This document shows, piece by piece, positions 61,270-64,000 of a stretch of DNA of 64,000 nt. Every line of letters begins with the position of its first letter. Within the stretch, counting starts at the first letter, position 1. This DNA is from Synechococcus sp. (GTDB taxonomy: Bacteria > Cyanobacteriota > Cyanobacteriia > Thermostichales > PCC-7336), in the NCBI GenBank assembly GCA_051439605.1, contig JBFRWN010000017.1, positions 183,855 to 247,854 of the forward strand, given 5' to 3'. A model generated the notes under the pieces. It had not been told where the DNA came from, did no database searches, and saw only the letters and a program-made list of their open reading frames with translations. The position numbers were made by a program, and so were the translations under genes.

Positions 61270-64000
61270 ATGTCACCAGCGATCTCAGTTTTGATTGCTT
61301 GCTCCCTGCCTCTGGCCCTGGCGATTGGTAGCCTTCCGATACAAGCGCAATCGATTACTCCTGCCAGCGACGGCACCGGTACCAACGTGTCGGCAGATGG
61401 CAACACCTACAACATCGATGGAGGAACCTTATCTGGCGATGGAGGTAATCTCTTTCACAGCTTTGAAGAGTTTGGTCTCAGTTCGGATGAAATCGCGAAT
61501 TTCCTTGCCAACCCACAACTCGACAATATTTTGGGTCGCGTCGTTGGCGGCAATCCCTCGACGATCGACGGTCTCATTCAGGTGATGGGGGGTGCGCCCA
61601 ATCTGTATTTGATGAACCCTAGTGGAATCGTCTTTGGCTCGAATGCCAGTCTCAACGTGCCTGCAGATTTTACTGCGACTACGGCTACGGGCATCGGGTT
61701 TGGGGATGAAAATTGGTTCCATGCGCTAGATTTCAGCGATTTTCTAAACCTGAACGGCGATCCCAATCAGTTTGTCTTTGATGTGGCCGAACCGGGAAGC
61801 GTGGTCAATGCGGGGGATCTGGCAGTGGGGGAGGGGCAGAATCTGACGTTGATGGGGGGCAATGTCGTTAACACTGGCGAGTTAAGTGCGCCTGAGGGAA
61901 CGGTTACGGTTACGTCCGTGCCGGGGTCGAACCGCGTCAGGGTCGCCCAAGCGGGAAGTGTATTGAGCTTGGAGTTCGAACCGTTGGGGGCTGATAGCGA
62001 CGGGACAGCGCTCGATCCGATGGATTTGCCGACTTTGCTAACGGTAGGAGCTCAAGGCCTGGAGACGGGGTTAACAGCCAATGTGGATGGAACGGTGCAG
62101 TTGAACGAGTCCGGTCCGGAGATTCCGACTGAGACTGGCACGACGGTTGTATCGGGCACTGTCGATGTCTCGGGGGATATAGGCGGTGATGTAAATGTTT
62201 TTGGGGAAAGAGTTGGTCTGATTGGGGCGAATGTTGATGGCTCAGGCACCAATGGTGGTGGGACTGTGCGGATAGGGGGGGATTACAAAGGGGAAGGGAA
62301 CGTCCCCAATGCTTTGCGCACGGTTGTTAGTCGCGACTCCGCGATCGATGTGGATGCGCTGCTAAACGGGGATGGGGGGCAGGCGATCGTATGGGCTGAT
62401 GAAGTCACGGGATTCTCCGGCACGATTACTGCCCGTGGCGGCACCAACAGTGGAGATGGTGGCTTTGTCGAGATTTCGGGCAAACAAGACTTAATCTTTG
62501 ATGGCACCGTCGATCTCAGCGCGAATCAGGGTACTTTGGGAACTTTGTTGCTCGACCCTGAGAATATCATCATCTCGAATTCAGCGAGTACGGGAGGAGT
62601 GGATGGTCAATTGCCAAATATTCTGCAGGGTACCTTTACGGGTGAAAATATCGATATCAACGCTGGTGTTCTGACCGCGCAAGCAGGAAATGTTTTGTTA
62701 GAGGCGACTAACGACATCACCATTGCTGATGGGGTCTCTCTCAGCTTTGTGCCGGGGGGGTCAATTACGTTTACGGCAGACGCGGATGGAGACGAAAGCG
62801 GAAATTTTTCGATGGATCCAACCCAATCTATTTCTGCTCCGGGGCGTGATTTAACGATTTCGGGTGCGAGCGTAACTGTCGGAAATATCGACACCTCTGG
62901 CTTAGATGGCACCGATGGCTCGGATGGTGCGGATGGTGTGGATGGTGAGGATGATTTCCCTCCAACAAGTGGTGAAGATGGTGAAGATGGTAATGATGGT
63001 CTTGACGGTAGTGATGCAGGTCAGGTCGTACTCAATGCTACATTTGGCGACATAATCGCAGGTACCATTAACGCCGATGGCGGTAATGGTGGCAACGGCG
63101 GTAACGGCGGTAGCGGCGGCGACGGTGGTAATGCCATTACTGTTGAACCAGGCGGCAACGGTGGTGACGGTGGCAATGGTGGTAATGGTGGCAATGGTGG
63201 CGATGGGGCTCTAGTTGCTCTTCGAGCTCCATCTGGAAGCGTCTCTTCAGGCACAATTAGCGTTTTACCCGGTTCTGCTGGAACCGGAGGAGCTTCTGGA
63301 GTTCCAGGAGCTGCTGGTTCTGGCGATCCTGATGGAACTCCAGGTTCACCAGGTACGCCTGGTATTGACGGCATTGATGGTCTTAGCGGTTCAGTACAAA
63401 TTGTAGAAGGAGGAGGAGAAGACGACGAAATTCCTAACGATCCTTGTAACCCCGACCCCGACCAATGTCCTGTTGACCCGCCCGAAATAATCGATCCGCC
63501 CACTGCAGACCAACCCCTTGCCATTAAGACTGAAGATGAAGCCCGCGAAATCCTCAGGAAAATTGAAGAAGAAACAGGCATTAAGCCAGCCCTGATCTAC
63601 GTCAGTTTCTCACCCACACTACTGTCCAAAAGTTCTAATTTCTTTCAACAGGAGACAACGACTACAGACGAATATGAGCAATATTTACAAACCCCACAGA
63701 GCTTATCGGAACCCCAACTCACCGTAGCCCCTCAAAGAAACGACCAGTTAGAATTGCTAATGGTCACCGCCGAAGGCGATCCCATTCGGCGTCGGATTCC
63801 CAACGTGATGCGTTCCCAAGTCCTCACCGCAGCACAACAATTCCAATCCAGCGTCACCAACATCAAACGTCCCCGCCCCTACCTCGATAGCGCCCAGGAA
63901 CTCTATCAGTGGCTTGTTGCTTCATTGGAAGAGGATTTGCAAGATCGGGAGATCGGCAACCTCGTCTTCCTGATGGATTCAGGCCTGCGCTCCCTACCCG
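61270..64000 (+). CDS. TpsA filamentous-haemagglutinin-family protein with a Gly-rich module and the start of a C-terminal CHAT domain; runs off the window
   Basis: Manual translation: signal peptide, NLFHSFEEFGL, NILGRVVGGNPS.IDG, NLYLMNPSGIVFG (TPS domain), GGFVEISGK, GTLLLDPENI; near the end KPALIY, DQLELLMVT..G, AQELYQWLV, LVFLMDSGLRSLP. Confidence 0.9.
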   Translation, partial: MSPAISVLIACSLPLALAIGSLPIQAQSITPASDGTGTNVSADGNTYNIDGGTLSGDGGNLFHSFEEFGLSSDEIANFLANPQLDNILGRVVGGNPSTIDGLIQVMGGAPNLYLMNPSGIVFGSNASLNVPADFTATTATGIGFGDENWFHALDFSDFLNLNGDPNQFVFDVAEPGSVVNAGDLAVGEGQNLTLMGGNVVNTGELSAPEGTVTVTSVPGSNRVRVAQAGSVLSLEFEPLGADSDGTALDPMDLPTLLTVGAQGLETGLTANVDGTVQLNESGPEIPTETGTTVVSGTVDVSGDIGGDVNVFGERVGLIGANVDGSGTNGGGTVRIGGDYKGEGNVPNALRTVVSRDSAIDVDALLNGDGGQAIVWADEVTGFSGTITARGGTNSGDGGFVEISGKQDLIFDGTVDLSANQGTLGTLLLDPENIIISNSASTGGVDGQLPNILQGTFTGENIDINAGVLTAQAGNVLLEATNDITIADGVSLSFVPGGSITFTADADGDESGNFSMDPTQSISAPGRDLTISGASVTVGNIDTSGLDGTDGSDGADGVDGEDDFPPTSGEDGEDGNDGLDGSDAGQVVLNATFGDIIAGTINADGGNGGNGGNGGSGGDGGNAITVEPGGNGGDGGNGGNGGNGGDGALVALRAPSGSVSSGTISVLPGSAGTGGASGVPGAAGSGDPDGTPGSPGTPGIDGIDGLSGSVQIVEGGGEDDEIPNDPCNPDPDQCPVDPPEIIDPPTADQPLAIKTEDEAREILRKIEEETGIKPALIYVSFSPTLLSKSSNFFQQETTTTDEYEQYLQTPQSLSEPQLTVAPQRNDQLELLMVTAEGDPIRRRIPNVMRSQVLTAAQQFQSSVTNIKRPRPYLDSAQELYQWLVASLEEDLQDREIGNLVFLMDSGLRSLP

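Noticed and set aside
63021..63581. 186-aa Pro-rich minus-strand ORF
   Set aside because: Antisense shadow of the Gly-rich TpsA segment.

Overview
A 64 kb chromosomal window from a cyanobacterium. The evidence is the many HIP1 octamers (GCGATCGC), a dgdA-like gene, ycf35, a cyanobacterial-type rpoZ and a CpcD-type domain. Most of it is housekeeping and transport: a pilT paralogue, rimO, rimP-nusA, holA, rpmB, def, a Cu(I) P-type ATPase, ABC and TRAP components, and hupE/ureJ under a cobalamin riboswitch. A probable 6S RNA lies at about 49.55-49.73 kb. I found no tRNA, rRNA, CRISPR array or intact transposase. The most unusual elements are: (1) a small protein fusing the IF2 N-terminal domain to a CpcD-type phycobilisome-docking domain, lying next to a rimP-nusA operon that lacks its usual ylxR-infB; (2) a type I secretion locus whose HlyD adaptor carries an intact N-terminal receiver domain and whose ABC subunit carries a cNMP-like domain; (3) a 1335-aa surface protein with two tandem beta-barrel-like units followed by four C-terminal Ig-like repeats, tightly coupled to a TPR gene; (4) a two-partner-secretion TpsA-CHAT protein containing a regular six-strand Gly-X-X module; and (5) several unannotated small ORFs, hairpin clusters and a repeated palindrome. 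All family calls come from recognising motifs by eye; no database search was run.
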